A stretch of 64,000 nucleotides of DNA from Candidatus Micrarchaeota archaeon (GTDB taxonomy: Archaea; Micrarchaeota; Micrarchaeia; Norongarragalinales; Norongarragalinaceae). Below the pieces are notes generated by a model. That model saw only the letters and a list, made by a program, of their open reading frames with translations. It was not told the DNA's origin and made no database searches. How positions within the stretch are numbered: the first letter of the stretch is position 1; every line of letters starts with the position of its first letter. Shown in pieces: positions 37,752 through 47,268 of the stretch. A program made the translations under genes and the position numbers. Location of the stretch: assembly GCA_016207165.1 (NCBI GenBank), contig JACQQD010000009.1, positions 64,001 through 128,000 of the forward strand, read 5' to 3'.

Positions 37752-38495
37752 TCAGCCTATTTGGATGCGCGCATCTTTCCGCTGGATGGCCCAGAGCGCG
37801 GAGTACGCCGCCAAGGCACTGGTCTTCGAGTTTTCGACCAAAGGCGTGTTTTCAAATGTGAACGCGTACTTGCCGGTTTCGCCTTCAATTCGGATGGTGT
37901 GCGTGTTTTTCGTGGTTTTCGGATCCGAAATGACGCGCACGCGCGTCTGGTCAAACCCGATGCCAGCCAGGCTCAACGTGGCGGCGACGTTGACGTTTTT
38001 CGGGAATTCTCGGCAGGCATCGCGCGCCGAACCGTCAAAGACCACGGTTTCTTTTTCGTCGCTTCGGTCCAGGCTTTGGGGGTTTTTGCGGGTTTCAAGG
38101 GTTACGGTTTGTGGCCGGCAGGCTTGTAGCACGTCCAATCCGCCGATGGCGCCGGACGGAATAAAGAGCATGTGCCCGCTTTTTTCCGCGGCGTCTATCA
38201 GGAGGTTCAGCACGTAGTCGTCGGTGAATGCACCAACGGACATGACCAGCACGTCGCTTTGACGCAAACCATGCGTGAGGTAGGGCACGACTTCCTGGGA
38301 TGCGGCTTCCACGACGAGGTCCACGTCCGTGATGTCCTCCATCCGCGTGACAAGTTTCACGTTCTTGAACTTTTTTTCTTGGACCGTTTTTTCGGCTTTG
38401 GCGCGGTCGGCGTCCCAAACCAAGAACGCGTGTTCGGGCAAGTGCTGGACGAGAAACGATCCGATGGCGCCCAAACCAATCAATCCGATGCGCAT
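37752..38495 (-). CDS. nadX: L-aspartate dehydrogenase
   Basis: GLGAIG, VEAAS, PSGAIGGLD, FPKNVNVA, KTSALA. Confidence 0.93.
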   Translation of the reverse strand: MRIGLIGLGAIGSFLVQHLPEHAFLVWDADRAKAEKTVQEKKFKNVKLVTRMEDITDVDLVVEAASQEVVPYLTHGLRQSDVLVMSVGAFTDDYVLNLLIDAAEKSGHMLFIPSGAIGGLDVLQACRPQTVTLETRKNPQSLDRSDEKETVVFDGSARDACREFPKNVNVAATLSLAGIGFDQTRVRVISDPKTTKNTHTIRIEGETGKYAFTFENTPLVENSKTSALAAYSALWAIQRKDARIQIG

Positions 38496-38504
38496 AGCCT
38501 GTTT

Positions 38505-39518
38505 TCACGACAATTCGAACATGCGGTCCAACGCCTTTTTGGCTTTACGCCGCACGGTTTCGTCCACGTCAATGACTTGGTCTTCCGACGGGTTCTTCAG
38601 CGCGGAAAGCACGTTGATGAGGTTGTTCTTTTTCATGTAGGGGCAGAGCGAGCAGGTTCCGACGATTTGCTTTTTTGGGAACTCGGCGCGCATGCGGTCG
38701 CCCAACCCGCATTCCGTGACCAGCATGAACGTGGACGCGTCGGAGGTCTTCACGTAGCGGATCATGTCGGAGGTGCCGCCCATGCCATCCACTTCGGAGA
38801 TGACTTCGGGCCGACATTCCGAGTGGGCCACGATTTTCACGCCCGGATAGGCTTTTCGAACGGCCTTGACGCTTTCCGCGTCAAACTCGTCGTGCACAAT
38901 GCATTTTCCGTGCCAGCCAATGATTTTCTTGTCTGTGAGCTTCGCGAGGTTTTGGGCCATGAATTGGTCCGGCAGGAAAATGATTTTTTCGTCAGGCAAG
39001 TGGTTGATGATTTTCAGGGCGTTGGCGGACGTGCAGCACACGTCGGCTTCGGCTTTGACGTCCGCGGAGGTGTTGACGTACATGACCACCGGCGCGCCGG
39101 GATGCTTTTTCTTGAGGTCGCGTACGTCTTGGGCGGTGATGGATTCGGAAAGAGAGCAACCGGCGTCGGGAGCGGGGAGCAGGACGGTCTTTTCGGGCGA
39201 CAAAATCTTGGCGGTTTCGGCCATGAAGCGGACCCCGCAGAAAACGATGGTGTCGGCGTTGGTTTCCGACGCTTTTTTGGAGAGTTCAAACGAGTCGCCG
39301 ACGAAATCCGAGATGCCGTAAATGATGTCTGGAGTTTGGTACGAGTGGCCCAAGACAATCGCGTTTCTTTGTTTTTTGAGTTGGTTGATTTCCAAGGTCA
39401 GTGGGGCGTAAAGCTGGCATTCCTGCATGGTCCAGCCTAGGTGGCGGAGTTTTCCGTAGAGGCGTTCGGCTTCCTCTTGAACGGCCGGCAACGCGTGGCT
39501 GAGGGCCGCGTGTTCCAT
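38505..39518 (-). CDS. nadA: Quinolinate synthase
   Basis: HSYQ, FCGVRFMAE, AGCSL, YVN, CIVH, HSEC, CPYMK. Confidence 0.95.
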   Translation of the reverse strand: MEHAALSHALPAVQEEAERLYGKLRHLGWTMQECQLYAPLTLEINQLKKQRNAIVLGHSYQTPDIIYGISDFVGDSFELSKKASETNADTIVFCGVRFMAETAKILSPEKTVLLPAPDAGCSLSESITAQDVRDLKKKHPGAPVVMYVNTSADVKAEADVCCTSANALKIINHLPDEKIIFLPDQFMAQNLAKLTDKKIIGWHGKCIVHDEFDAESVKAVRKAYPGVKIVAHSECRPEVISEVDGMGGTSDMIRYVKTSDASTFMLVTECGLGDRMRAEFPKKQIVGTCSLCPYMKKNNLINVLSALKNPSEDQVIDVDETVRRKAKKALDRMFELS

Positions 39519-39630
39519 ACGCTAAAACCATTTTGTTCTTCATTTATAGCCGTATGGATGCTCGTCAAACAACGGGCTTGCCGGGTTGCGGAATATAGCC
39601 TTTTTATCCATCCGTTGCGCCTGTTTCTCA

Positions 39631-41442
39631 ATGGCGGTGAAGTTTTCCCCGAATAAGTTGTCATCGGTTGCCGAACAGATTCCTTGGAGCCGCGAGTCGC
39701 GGTTCTTCGGTTCCGCAACCGACGTGCACCGTTTTCGGCTGATTCCATCCGAGATTGACCCCAATCCCGAGTATCATTTGCAGGAAATTCTCCGTCAGTT
39801 TTCCGTTTGGCATCGGGTTCCCTTGAGCGCCCCCAAGGCCATGGAGCCACCGCGCGAGGTTCTCCAGCGCATTCAAGGAAAAATCAAGGCGGCGTTTCGG
39901 GTCATGCACCAAGCCCACGAGGGTCAGACGCGGCAGGCTTCCGGAGAACCGTATTGGACGCATCCCGTGCATACCGCGATTTGGGCGGCGCAAACCGCCA
40001 TGTCGTGGGAAGCCGTGTGCGCGGCGTTGCTTCACGACACCGTGGAGGATGGAAAAGTCAAATTGTCCGACATTCAACGGCAATTCGGCGACAACGTGGC
40101 TTACCTTGTTTACCGGTTGTCCAACTTTCGTTTCCGCAACGGCAAAGTCGTGAACGCTTGGAGCGACGATTACCACGCGGAACCCACCGAAAAAGACGTT
40201 CTCTTGGAAAAAAAGCATAAACTGGGGTTGGCGGCCCGAAAGCGCATGACGTTTCTCCGTGGACGCAATTATTCGGCGCGTTGGGAGCCCGTGGAAGTCC
40301 AAAACATGTTGAAGCGCTTTGAGCGGCAGGGCTACGCGCCGGAGTTTCTCAATCCCTTGGACATTCAAGCCATGATGATCAAGGGTTTGGACGTCGTCCA
40401 CAACGAGAACACGCAGTCGGGGTTGCCGGAGGAAAAAAGGCGGCGGTACGTGGAAAAACAGCAGGCGCTGGCGTTGGTGCACTTTTTGGAGGCGTTCAGC
40501 CCGGCGTACTTGGACTCGATTCCGTCGGAGCGGGCCGCACAATACCGCCAACCCGCCAACACGCAGGGGCCGTTTGGGTTTTACACGCGGCTGGCGGGAA
40601 GAAAGAAGCTGAATTTGGAGCGCCTTTCCCGTTTGCCGCCGGCGCACGCGCCCACCATCAACGTGCACGACAACGAGGATGGTTCGTACGACGTGCTTTT
40701 TCCGTATGCGGGGTTCGGTGGCGACAAGGCCGTCAATGACCAATTGTTTCTGGAACTCGTCAAGCAAATCCACCGGCGGCTGAATCCAGAAGGGGAAGTC
40801 ATTCACGATGAAAGCTTTTTGCCGCAGGGTTTTCCCCGTTTCCACGCCTTCCGCGTGCGTTTGGGAAACTTGGCTTTTGCGGATCTTGAAAGCGCGTTGC
40901 GGCACACGTACTTGAAGTATGCCGGGACGGCGTTTGAAACGGATGCCCACCAAGCCGATGCGGCCGGACTCTTTGCGGCGTACGAAGACCCAATGAAAAA
41001 AAGGGTGAGCATTTTCATTCCTGGAAGCGAATTTACGTTCGGAATCCGACCTGACCCGCACGAACATCCGGTTGAGTCGTTGGACCAGCTTCCCCACGCG
41101 ATTCGCGCGTTTTACCGGCACCGACACCCGGAGTTGGCGCAAGGCATTCACGTTGATGTCCCGGTTTCGCATCCATTCAATTCCACCATTTCCTTGCCCG
41201 TCAAATCGCCGCTGGACACCGTCGAGGGCTTGGAGCACCACTTGAAGCAGTTGGGTCACTACCTGGAGAACCTGAAGTTGCCGGATGCGGCGCCGGTTCC
41301 GCCAACGGACGAGGACCCCGATTCGGTTGATGCAAATGTTCGCGTCTCAAAGAAGTTCAAGCGGTACCGTTTTCAACGAAAAGGACCCAAGGGCAAAAGC
41401 GCGCCGCATGACCCATTCCAGCGTCCCAGAGACAAGGACTGA
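39631..41442 (+). CDS. HD-domain protein with a RelA/SpoT-Mesh1-like hydrolase N-domain and an uncharacterised C-terminal region
   Basis: AHEGQTRQASGEPYWTHP, AALLHDTVED, FGDNVAYLV, IKGLDVVHN. Confidence 0.8.
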   Translation: MAVKFSPNKLSSVAEQIPWSRESRFFGSATDVHRFRLIPSEIDPNPEYHLQEILRQFSVWHRVPLSAPKAMEPPREVLQRIQGKIKAAFRVMHQAHEGQTRQASGEPYWTHPVHTAIWAAQTAMSWEAVCAALLHDTVEDGKVKLSDIQRQFGDNVAYLVYRLSNFRFRNGKVVNAWSDDYHAEPTEKDVLLEKKHKLGLAARKRMTFLRGRNYSARWEPVEVQNMLKRFERQGYAPEFLNPLDIQAMMIKGLDVVHNENTQSGLPEEKRRRYVEKQQALALVHFLEAFSPAYLDSIPSERAAQYRQPANTQGPFGFYTRLAGRKKLNLERLSRLPPAHAPTINVHDNEDGSYDVLFPYAGFGGDKAVNDQLFLELVKQIHRRLNPEGEVIHDESFLPQGFPRFHAFRVRLGNLAFADLESALRHTYLKYAGTAFETDAHQADAAGLFAAYEDPMKKRVSIFIPGSEFTFGIRPDPHEHPVESLDQLPHAIRAFYRHRHPELAQGIHVDVPVSHPFNSTISLPVKSPLDTVEGLEHHLKQLGHYLENLKLPDAAPVPPTDEDPDSVDANVRVSKKFKRYRFQRKGPKGKSAPHDPFQRPRDKD

Positions 41443-41447
41443 CTGGT

Positions 41448-42413
41448 TCAGGGTTTCTCTTTGAAGGTGACGTGGATGAGGCGGAGGCCGGCATGGCTGA
41501 CTTCCGCGTGCAGGGGGCTTCCGGCGGAGCGGCTTTCCTTTTCGACGTTTTCCGCGTGGGTTTGGACGGCGTGGATGAATCGCCGGAATTCCGTGTTTGC
41601 CACGCCCATCGGCAATTCGATGCTGACGACGTGGCCTTCTCGGGTTTTCGTCGTGGCCGTCATGGCCGGTACGGATTGGCTTTTCTCCCGGTCGTAGAAG
41701 TTCAGGCCTTGCATGCGGTCTTGGACGTTTTGGGCGGCGTCCTCTGGCGTGATGGGCAGCGGCCCGTAGTCCATGATGACCAGGCCCCCGCGTCCGGACA
41801 AGTTCGGCGAGTGGGGGCGGCCGCCCGGCACGATTTTCTTGACGCGCGCGCCCAGGACGTGGTGGTGTCCGAAAATCACGCTATCGGTTCCTTCATCCAG
41901 GTGGGCTTGGACTTCTTCGAGGGTGGCGGGTTTGCCGGATGGATCGGGTTTCAAATCCGCGGGCGTGCTGGCGGCCCATAAATGGGGGATTTTCTGTTGG
42001 ACCCGCATTTGGGCGACTTTCTTGATGATGAGGGCCCCAATGGTTTTTTTCTCGACGCCGTCCAACAAGGCGTGGGCGTCTAGTTCCCTTTGGATGGCTT
42101 CACGGAACTCCCTGGGCATCTTGGTGGAAAGGATGAAACATGCCTGGGTGTCGCCGTCGGGCTTGGTTTTCATGCGAATGTCTTCATACGACGGGTTTCG
42201 TGGAAGCTGGGCTTGATCGAATCGCGCGGTGGTCACCACGCCAATGAGTTTTCCCTTAAAGAACGCGCCGATTTGGAATTCGGGGTTGGCTTTCATGTGG
42301 CGTTGGATGGTTTTGTCGTCGATGACGAGGTGGTGGTCGGGCTTCCATTTTTGTTGGTGGAGTTCCAAGGCGGCGTGGATTTCTTCGGGTTTAATGGCTC
42401 GGACTTCCAGCAT
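41448..42413 (-). CDS. GNAT-like acyltransferase, last gene of the purN-B-A-C-E run
   Basis: VRAIKPEEI...GKLIG N-terminus, IGALII, H..LGARVKKIVPGGRP...IMDY; 6 nt after purE. Confidence 0.55.
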   Translation of the reverse strand: MLEVRAIKPEEIHAALELHQQKWKPDHHLVIDDKTIQRHMKANPEFQIGAFFKGKLIGVVTTARFDQAQLPRNPSYEDIRMKTKPDGDTQACFILSTKMPREFREAIQRELDAHALLDGVEKKTIGALIIKKVAQMRVQQKIPHLWAASTPADLKPDPSGKPATLEEVQAHLDEGTDSVIFGHHHVLGARVKKIVPGGRPHSPNLSGRGGLVIMDYGPLPITPEDAAQNVQDRMQGLNFYDREKSQSVPAMTATTKTREGHVVSIELPMGVANTEFRRFIHAVQTHAENVEKESRSAGSPLHAEVSHAGLRLIHVTFKEKP

Positions 42414-42419
42414 AGTTCG

Positions 42420-42881
42420 TTAAAGCCCTTGGTCGTCTTTTTTCAGCTTTTCGGCTTTCTTTTTGAGGTAGCCGGCGACTTTTTTCCGTAGGGCCAAGTC
42501 GTTCACGGCCAGGATTTTGGCGGCGTACACGGCCGCGTTTTCGGCTCCCAGGATCGTGCCGTGCGAAACGCCGGGCGGCATGCGAAGCGAAGACCACACG
42601 TCAACCGCTTCGGTGCCCGGTGGGCAGGTGATGACGGGCCAGAACGTGGCGCATGCCAGCATTCCGGATAAGGCGTTGGAGAGGCCTGCGACGGCGACAA
42701 AAACGGTGGGCTCTTTGGATTGGTTGGCCGTTTCGGCCAATTCCAAAACTTTTTTCGGGGTTCGGTGGGCGGAAGCAATCCGGTATTCAACGGATACGCC
42801 GAATTCTTTTGCCGCGGAGCCGATTTGTTGGGCGAACGGCAAGTCGCTTTTGGAGCCCATGGCGATGATGATCTTACCCAT
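42420..42881 (-). CDS. purE: AIR carboxylase PurE (class II-like)
   Basis: MGSKSD, SAHRTP, VAVAGLSNAL, PVITCPP, DVWSSLRMPPG. Confidence 0.93.
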   Translation of the reverse strand: MGKIIIAMGSKSDLPFAQQIGSAAKEFGVSVEYRIASAHRTPKKVLELAETANQSKEPTVFVAVAGLSNALSGMLACATFWPVITCPPGTEAVDVWSSLRMPPGVSHGTILGAENAAVYAAKILAVNDLALRKKVAGYLKKKAEKLKKDDQGL

Positions 42882-42887
42882 GTCCAA

Positions 42888-43793
42888 TCACCTGAATTTC
42901 TCTCCGGTCAACTGTTCGAACAATTCAATGTAGAGCCGGCTGGTTTCTTCAATCTTTTCTTTGGGAAGCGGGGGGATGTCTGGTTCCGCTTTTCCGGCTT
43001 TTCGGGCGGCGTACAAGGCTTCGTGGTACCCGGTTTCCCTGTAGTGGCTTCGAACAAACTCCTTGCTTTTCTCGACGTGGTTTCCTTTCTCAAATTCGGC
43101 GGCGTCCCAGAAGCGGTCCTCGTCGGCGGTGCCGAACGTGTCCACCACTATGAGTTCCCGGTTCTCGTCCAACGCGAACTCTTTTTTGCCGTCAACGTGG
43201 ATGAGTCCGCGTTTCTTGACGTGGTCGTTGATTTGCTCGTCGATGCGCAGCGTGGCTTCCCTCAGTTCATTCCACTGGTCGATGGATAACGCGGAAATTT
43301 TCATGGCTTCTTCTTTCGTCAGCGGCCGGTCGGTCTTCTCCAGTTTCGTGGTGACTTCAAAAAAGGGCTCCGGCAGCGTCTCGCCTTTTTTCACGGCGTG
43401 GCCCTCCGGGAAACCGATGTCCTCGGCTTTGACTTTTTCGTCCTGGAGGCGGTCGAAAAGCGAGCCGTAGGCGAAATAGCGGACGATGACTTCCAACGGA
43501 ATGAGGTAGTTGGTGGTTTTGGGAGTGATTTGGGAGTAGTCGTAAATCACGTTCACGCGCTTGACTTGCATCTGATTGGGGCCGGTGGTTTTGAGGTAAT
43601 GGCTTGGGATTTTGGCTTTCCGGCAGACGTCAAACCAGTACGCCGACGTGCGGCAGAGCGTTTCGCCTTTGAAGGGGATGTCAGAGGGAATGATTTTGTC
43701 GAACACGGACACTCGGTTGGAGAACTCAAATTCCAGGGTGTGCTCGTCGACTTCGTACACGTTTTTTACTTTTCCTTTGTGAAGCAGTTTCAC
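42888..43793 (-). CDS. purC: SAICAR synthetase
   Basis: GKVKNVY, RVSVFD, PLEVIVR, VDGKKEF, DEDRFW, KEFVR. Confidence 0.95.
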   Translation of the reverse strand: MKLLHKGKVKNVYEVDEHTLEFEFSNRVSVFDKIIPSDIPFKGETLCRTSAYWFDVCRKAKIPSHYLKTTGPNQMQVKRVNVIYDYSQITPKTTNYLIPLEVIVRYFAYGSLFDRLQDEKVKAEDIGFPEGHAVKKGETLPEPFFEVTTKLEKTDRPLTKEEAMKISALSIDQWNELREATLRIDEQINDHVKKRGLIHVDGKKEFALDENRELIVVDTFGTADEDRFWDAAEFEKGNHVEKSKEFVRSHYRETGYHEALYAARKAGKAEPDIPPLPKEKIEETSRLYIELFEQLTGEKFR

Positions 43794-45097
43794 GGCTCGG
43801 ATTCCCTCCGGACGATGATGTCTTCGCGGTTGGGTCCCACGGACACGGAAAGCACGGGCACGCCAGCGTGCTTTTCCATGAAGGCCACGTATTTTTTGGC
43901 TTGAAGGGGCAACGCGTCAAAGCCTTTTGATTTTCCTTCGCGGCACACGGCGTTCCAGTCGGCGTCCTTGAAGCCGCTCAGGGTCTCGTACACGGGTTTT
44001 GCTTTTTCCAAAACAGAGTGGCGGGTTGGAAAATAGTCGTAGGTTTTTCCGCCGGATTGGTAGGCGGTGCACACCGGCAATTCGTCTAAATCCGAGAGGA
44101 TGTCCAGTTTCGTCACGTGCATGCCGTCGTAGCCGTTGAGTCGGTTTCCCAACCGGATGATGGTTAAATCCAGCCACCCGACGCGCCGCGGCCTGCCTGT
44201 CACGGTTCCGAATTCCTTGCCTTTGTCGCGAAGCGTTTCCCCGGCGTTTCCCTGGATTTCCGTGGGAAACGGTCCGGCGCCCACGCGCGTGGTGTACGCC
44301 TTGACCACGGTTTCCACGCGCTTTATTTTCTTTGGGGAGACGCCGGTGGACGCCGACGCGTTGCCGGCAACGGGTTGCGAGGAGGTGACGTAGGGGTAGG
44401 TGCCGAAGTTGTTGTCCAGCATGACGCCTTGCGCGCCCTCGAACAAGACGTTTTTTCCGGCGTCAAGCGCGCCATCGACTTCCTGGGACGCGTCGCAAAG
44501 ATAGGGTTCCAGTTGTCTTCCAAGTTCCGCGTATTCCTGGAACGTTTTTTCTTTTGAGGGCAATTGTTGGACGTTGAAGATTTCCTTCAAGGTTTTGGCG
44601 TGAACCGGATAGGATTTGTCCAACGCGGCTTCAAGTTGGACGGGGTTGACCAGGTCCTCCATGCGGATGCCCCACCGCGCGGCCTTGGACTCGTAGACCG
44701 GTCCAATGCCTCTTCCCGTCGTACCGATTTTGTGGGACCCGCTTTCTCGGGCCGCGTCCCAGTACAAGTGCCAGGGCATGATGACGTGCGCCCGAAAGTC
44801 CACGCCCAACAGGCTGGGGCCGATGCTTAACCCCATTTTTTCAAGGGTGTCCAACTCCTTTTTCAGCACCTTGGGGTCCACGACCACGCCGGAGGCAATG
44901 AGGCTCCGTTTTTTTCGGATGACGCCGGAGGGCATGAGCTGCAGTTTGAAGACTTGGCCGCCGGCGTGCACGGTGTGTCCCGCGTTGTTGCCGCCCTGGT
45001 AGCGGACCACGACATCGTATTCCTTACAAAGGTAGTCGACGATTTTTCCTTTGCCTTCATCGCCCCACTGGGCGCCAATGATGACCGTGCTTTTCAT
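43790..45097 (-). CDS. purA: Adenylosuccinate synthetase
   Basis: QWGDEGKGK, GGNNAGHT, GTTGRGIGP, EGAQG, TRVGAGPFPTE, TGRPRR. Confidence 0.97.
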   Translation of the reverse strand: MKSTVIIGAQWGDEGKGKIVDYLCKEYDVVVRYQGGNNAGHTVHAGGQVFKLQLMPSGVIRKKRSLIASGVVVDPKVLKKELDTLEKMGLSIGPSLLGVDFRAHVIMPWHLYWDAARESGSHKIGTTGRGIGPVYESKAARWGIRMEDLVNPVQLEAALDKSYPVHAKTLKEIFNVQQLPSKEKTFQEYAELGRQLEPYLCDASQEVDGALDAGKNVLFEGAQGVMLDNNFGTYPYVTSSQPVAGNASASTGVSPKKIKRVETVVKAYTTRVGAGPFPTEIQGNAGETLRDKGKEFGTVTGRPRRVGWLDLTIIRLGNRLNGYDGMHVTKLDILSDLDELPVCTAYQSGGKTYDYFPTRHSVLEKAKPVYETLSGFKDADWNAVCREGKSKGFDALPLQAKKYVAFMEKHAGVPVLSVSVGPNREDIIVRRESEP

Positions 45098-45107
45098 GGG
45101 CGTCAAC

Positions 45108-46496
45108 CTAGAATTTCGCGTCGACCGTGGACTCCTTGTAGTCGGACAGCTTTTGTTTCAGCCTGGCGGCCAAGCGCTTCGCTTTTTTCGCGGACAAGCC
45201 GACGTGTTTTTTGATGTCCACGTGCGACACCCTCTTTCTGAGCGGATTGTCTTTTCCTTGAAGGACTTGTTCCCAGGCGGCCATGCTTTCCTCGCGGAGT
45301 TTTTCGTGGGCCACTTGCCGGGACGCGCCTTTTTTTACGTAGTCCATGAGGAGCACTTCCGTCAAGGCAAACGGCGCGTGCACGTCGAGGTGTTTTCGCA
45401 CGACGGCGTCGTTGACTTGCAGTCCGTTTAGAATACGGTGGGACAAAAGCAGCATTTCGTCAAGCGCAAGGAAATCCTGTTCCATCCAAATGCGGCGGTT
45501 GGCGGAATCATCCAGCGTCCGCTCCAATGCGTTGTTTGCCGCATTCTCCCACGCGATGATGGGTGAGGCTGCAACGAGGCGCGCAAGTGAACACATTCGT
45601 TCCGAAGCCATGGGGTTGCGTTTGAACGGCATGGCGCTGGAACCCACTTGCTTTTTGTCGAAGGGTTCCTGGAGTTCCTGCTGCATTTGCAGGAGTCGCA
45701 CGTCCAAACCGATTTTGTGGAGCGTCTGCGCCAATCCGGCCAGGCAATCGGCCAGGATCAAGTCTTGTTTGCGGGGATAGGTTTGCGTGGCCACGTCAAA
45801 GGCTTGCAATCCCAGTTTTTCCAGGAAATCGGATTCCAGTTTCTCGACTTTTTTTTCGTCTTTCAAGAGTTCAAGAAAGCTCGCCGACGTGCCGACGGCG
45901 CCTTTCAGGCCCTTCGATTGCAAAACCAAAAGCAGCCATTCCAGGGTTAAAAGGTCGGCAAGCAGGTCTTGGGCCCAGACGGCAAAGCGGTATCCGAGGG
46001 TCGTGGGTTCGGCGGCTTGCAAGTGCGTGTACGCCACGCACGGCGTGTCCGCGTACTTCTCGATGAGCCGGTGAAGGGCGAAAAGCGTGGAAGCCGTGCG
46101 TTGGGCCAAGAGTTGGATGGCTTGCTTTTGGCGGAGCACGTCGGCGTTGTCCTGGATGTCCATGGACGTGGCGCCTACATGCAGTTTTCCGCCGCCGGTT
46201 TTGCATTGGGATGCAAACGTTTTCAGTTCAGCGACCATGTCGTGGCGGATTTGTTTTTCCAATTCAAGGGCTTTTTCCACGTCAACGTCGGGTACGTGTT
46301 TTTCGATGTCTTGGTACTCGGCTTTGGTCACCATTCCGGCTTGCATTTGCGCGTATGCGAGGGCTTGCCAGGTCTTGCGCCACGTCAGGCGCTTGTGGTG
46401 TTCCGAGAAAATCGACCGCATGGCCTCCGAGCCATACCGCCACGAAAAGGGCGACAAATAGTCGTTAAACCCGAAGGAGGCCACGGTTTTTCCCAC
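45108..46496 (-). CDS. purB: Adenylosuccinate lyase
   Basis: RHD, HVGATS, THLQ.A.PTT.G, GSSAMPFKRNP. Confidence 0.95.
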   Translation of the reverse strand: MGKTVASFGFNDYLSPFSWRYGSEAMRSIFSEHHKRLTWRKTWQALAYAQMQAGMVTKAEYQDIEKHVPDVDVEKALELEKQIRHDMVAELKTFASQCKTGGGKLHVGATSMDIQDNADVLRQKQAIQLLAQRTASTLFALHRLIEKYADTPCVAYTHLQAAEPTTLGYRFAVWAQDLLADLLTLEWLLLVLQSKGLKGAVGTSASFLELLKDEKKVEKLESDFLEKLGLQAFDVATQTYPRKQDLILADCLAGLAQTLHKIGLDVRLLQMQQELQEPFDKKQVGSSAMPFKRNPMASERMCSLARLVAASPIIAWENAANNALERTLDDSANRRIWMEQDFLALDEMLLLSHRILNGLQVNDAVVRKHLDVHAPFALTEVLLMDYVKKGASRQVAHEKLREESMAAWEQVLQGKDNPLRKRVSHVDIKKHVGLSAKKAKRLAARLKQKLSDYKESTVDAKF

Positions 46497-46505
46497 CGTA
46501 TGCCA

Positions 46506-47231
46506 TCAATGGTTTTTTTGCTTATTAAAGCGTCCGTTGGTTGACGGACGCAGCGTGCCGTCGGCAATGCCTTTGAGGGTTTGCGGAAAAATGACGAAGT
46601 CGCCGGCTTTTTTGAGGCGTTCTTGGTGTTGGAGGGCGACTTTTTCGACTTGCGTTTTGTTTTGCGGGTCGAATCCTTTCGGGAGTTTCACGGCCACGGG
46701 ATTGGAGCGCATCAGAATGGGGCCCCCGTCAACTTCTTCAGACACCACGTGCGTGGTGGCGCGAAGCTGTTTTTCGCCGGCCAAAATCGCGTCGCGTACC
46801 GCGTGCGCGCCGGCGTATTTGCGTTTGCCGGTTTCGTTTGCAATGGATAAGTCGGCGGGGTGTACGTTGATGCCCAAAAACGCGTTGACCAACACCGTGG
46901 AGGCGATGGCCATGTACCCCGCAAAGGCCAGCACGTCGGGGTCGTGTCTCCGGAGTTTTCGGATGGTGATGCTGTCAAATTCGGCGCGAAGCGACAAGTC
47001 GGACTTCGGCTTGCCTTTTTTTTTGTAGAAGGCGACCAAATCGTTTTCCTCGCAGGGAATTTTGAACTTTTTGGCAAGCGCTTTGGCATTGGATTTTGGG
47101 TTGTCGGTGAAAATACAGACCACTTGATACGAGCGGCCGTTTTCTTCGCTTTCCAGAATGGATTTCGCCACCGACCCTTTGCCGCTCATGAGGATGGCCA
47201 CGCGCAGGGGTTTGGGAGGGGCTGGAGGCAT
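46506..47231 (-). CDS. purN: Phosphoribosylglycinamide formyltransferase (formyl-THF dependent)
   Basis: MSGKGS, AGYM, INVHP, THVV.EEVDGGPI. Confidence 0.82.
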   Translation of the reverse strand: MPPAPPKPLRVAILMSGKGSVAKSILESEENGRSYQVVCIFTDNPKSNAKALAKKFKIPCEENDLVAFYKKKGKPKSDLSLRAEFDSITIRKLRRHDPDVLAFAGYMAIASTVLVNAFLGINVHPADLSIANETGKRKYAGAHAVRDAILAGEKQLRATTHVVSEEVDGGPILMRSNPVAVKLPKGFDPQNKTQVEKVALQHQERLKKAGDFVIFPQTLKGIADGTLRPSTNGRFNKQKNH

Positions 47232-47268
47232 AAAGCCTAATATGGGTTTCGTGCATTAATGGCTTTTC

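Noticed and set aside
39661-41259. 532-aa antisense ORF (likewise 34556-35839, 38172-39440, 1479-2402 and others)
   Set aside because: Shadow frames of well-supported genes with GC-rich third positions; no motifs.
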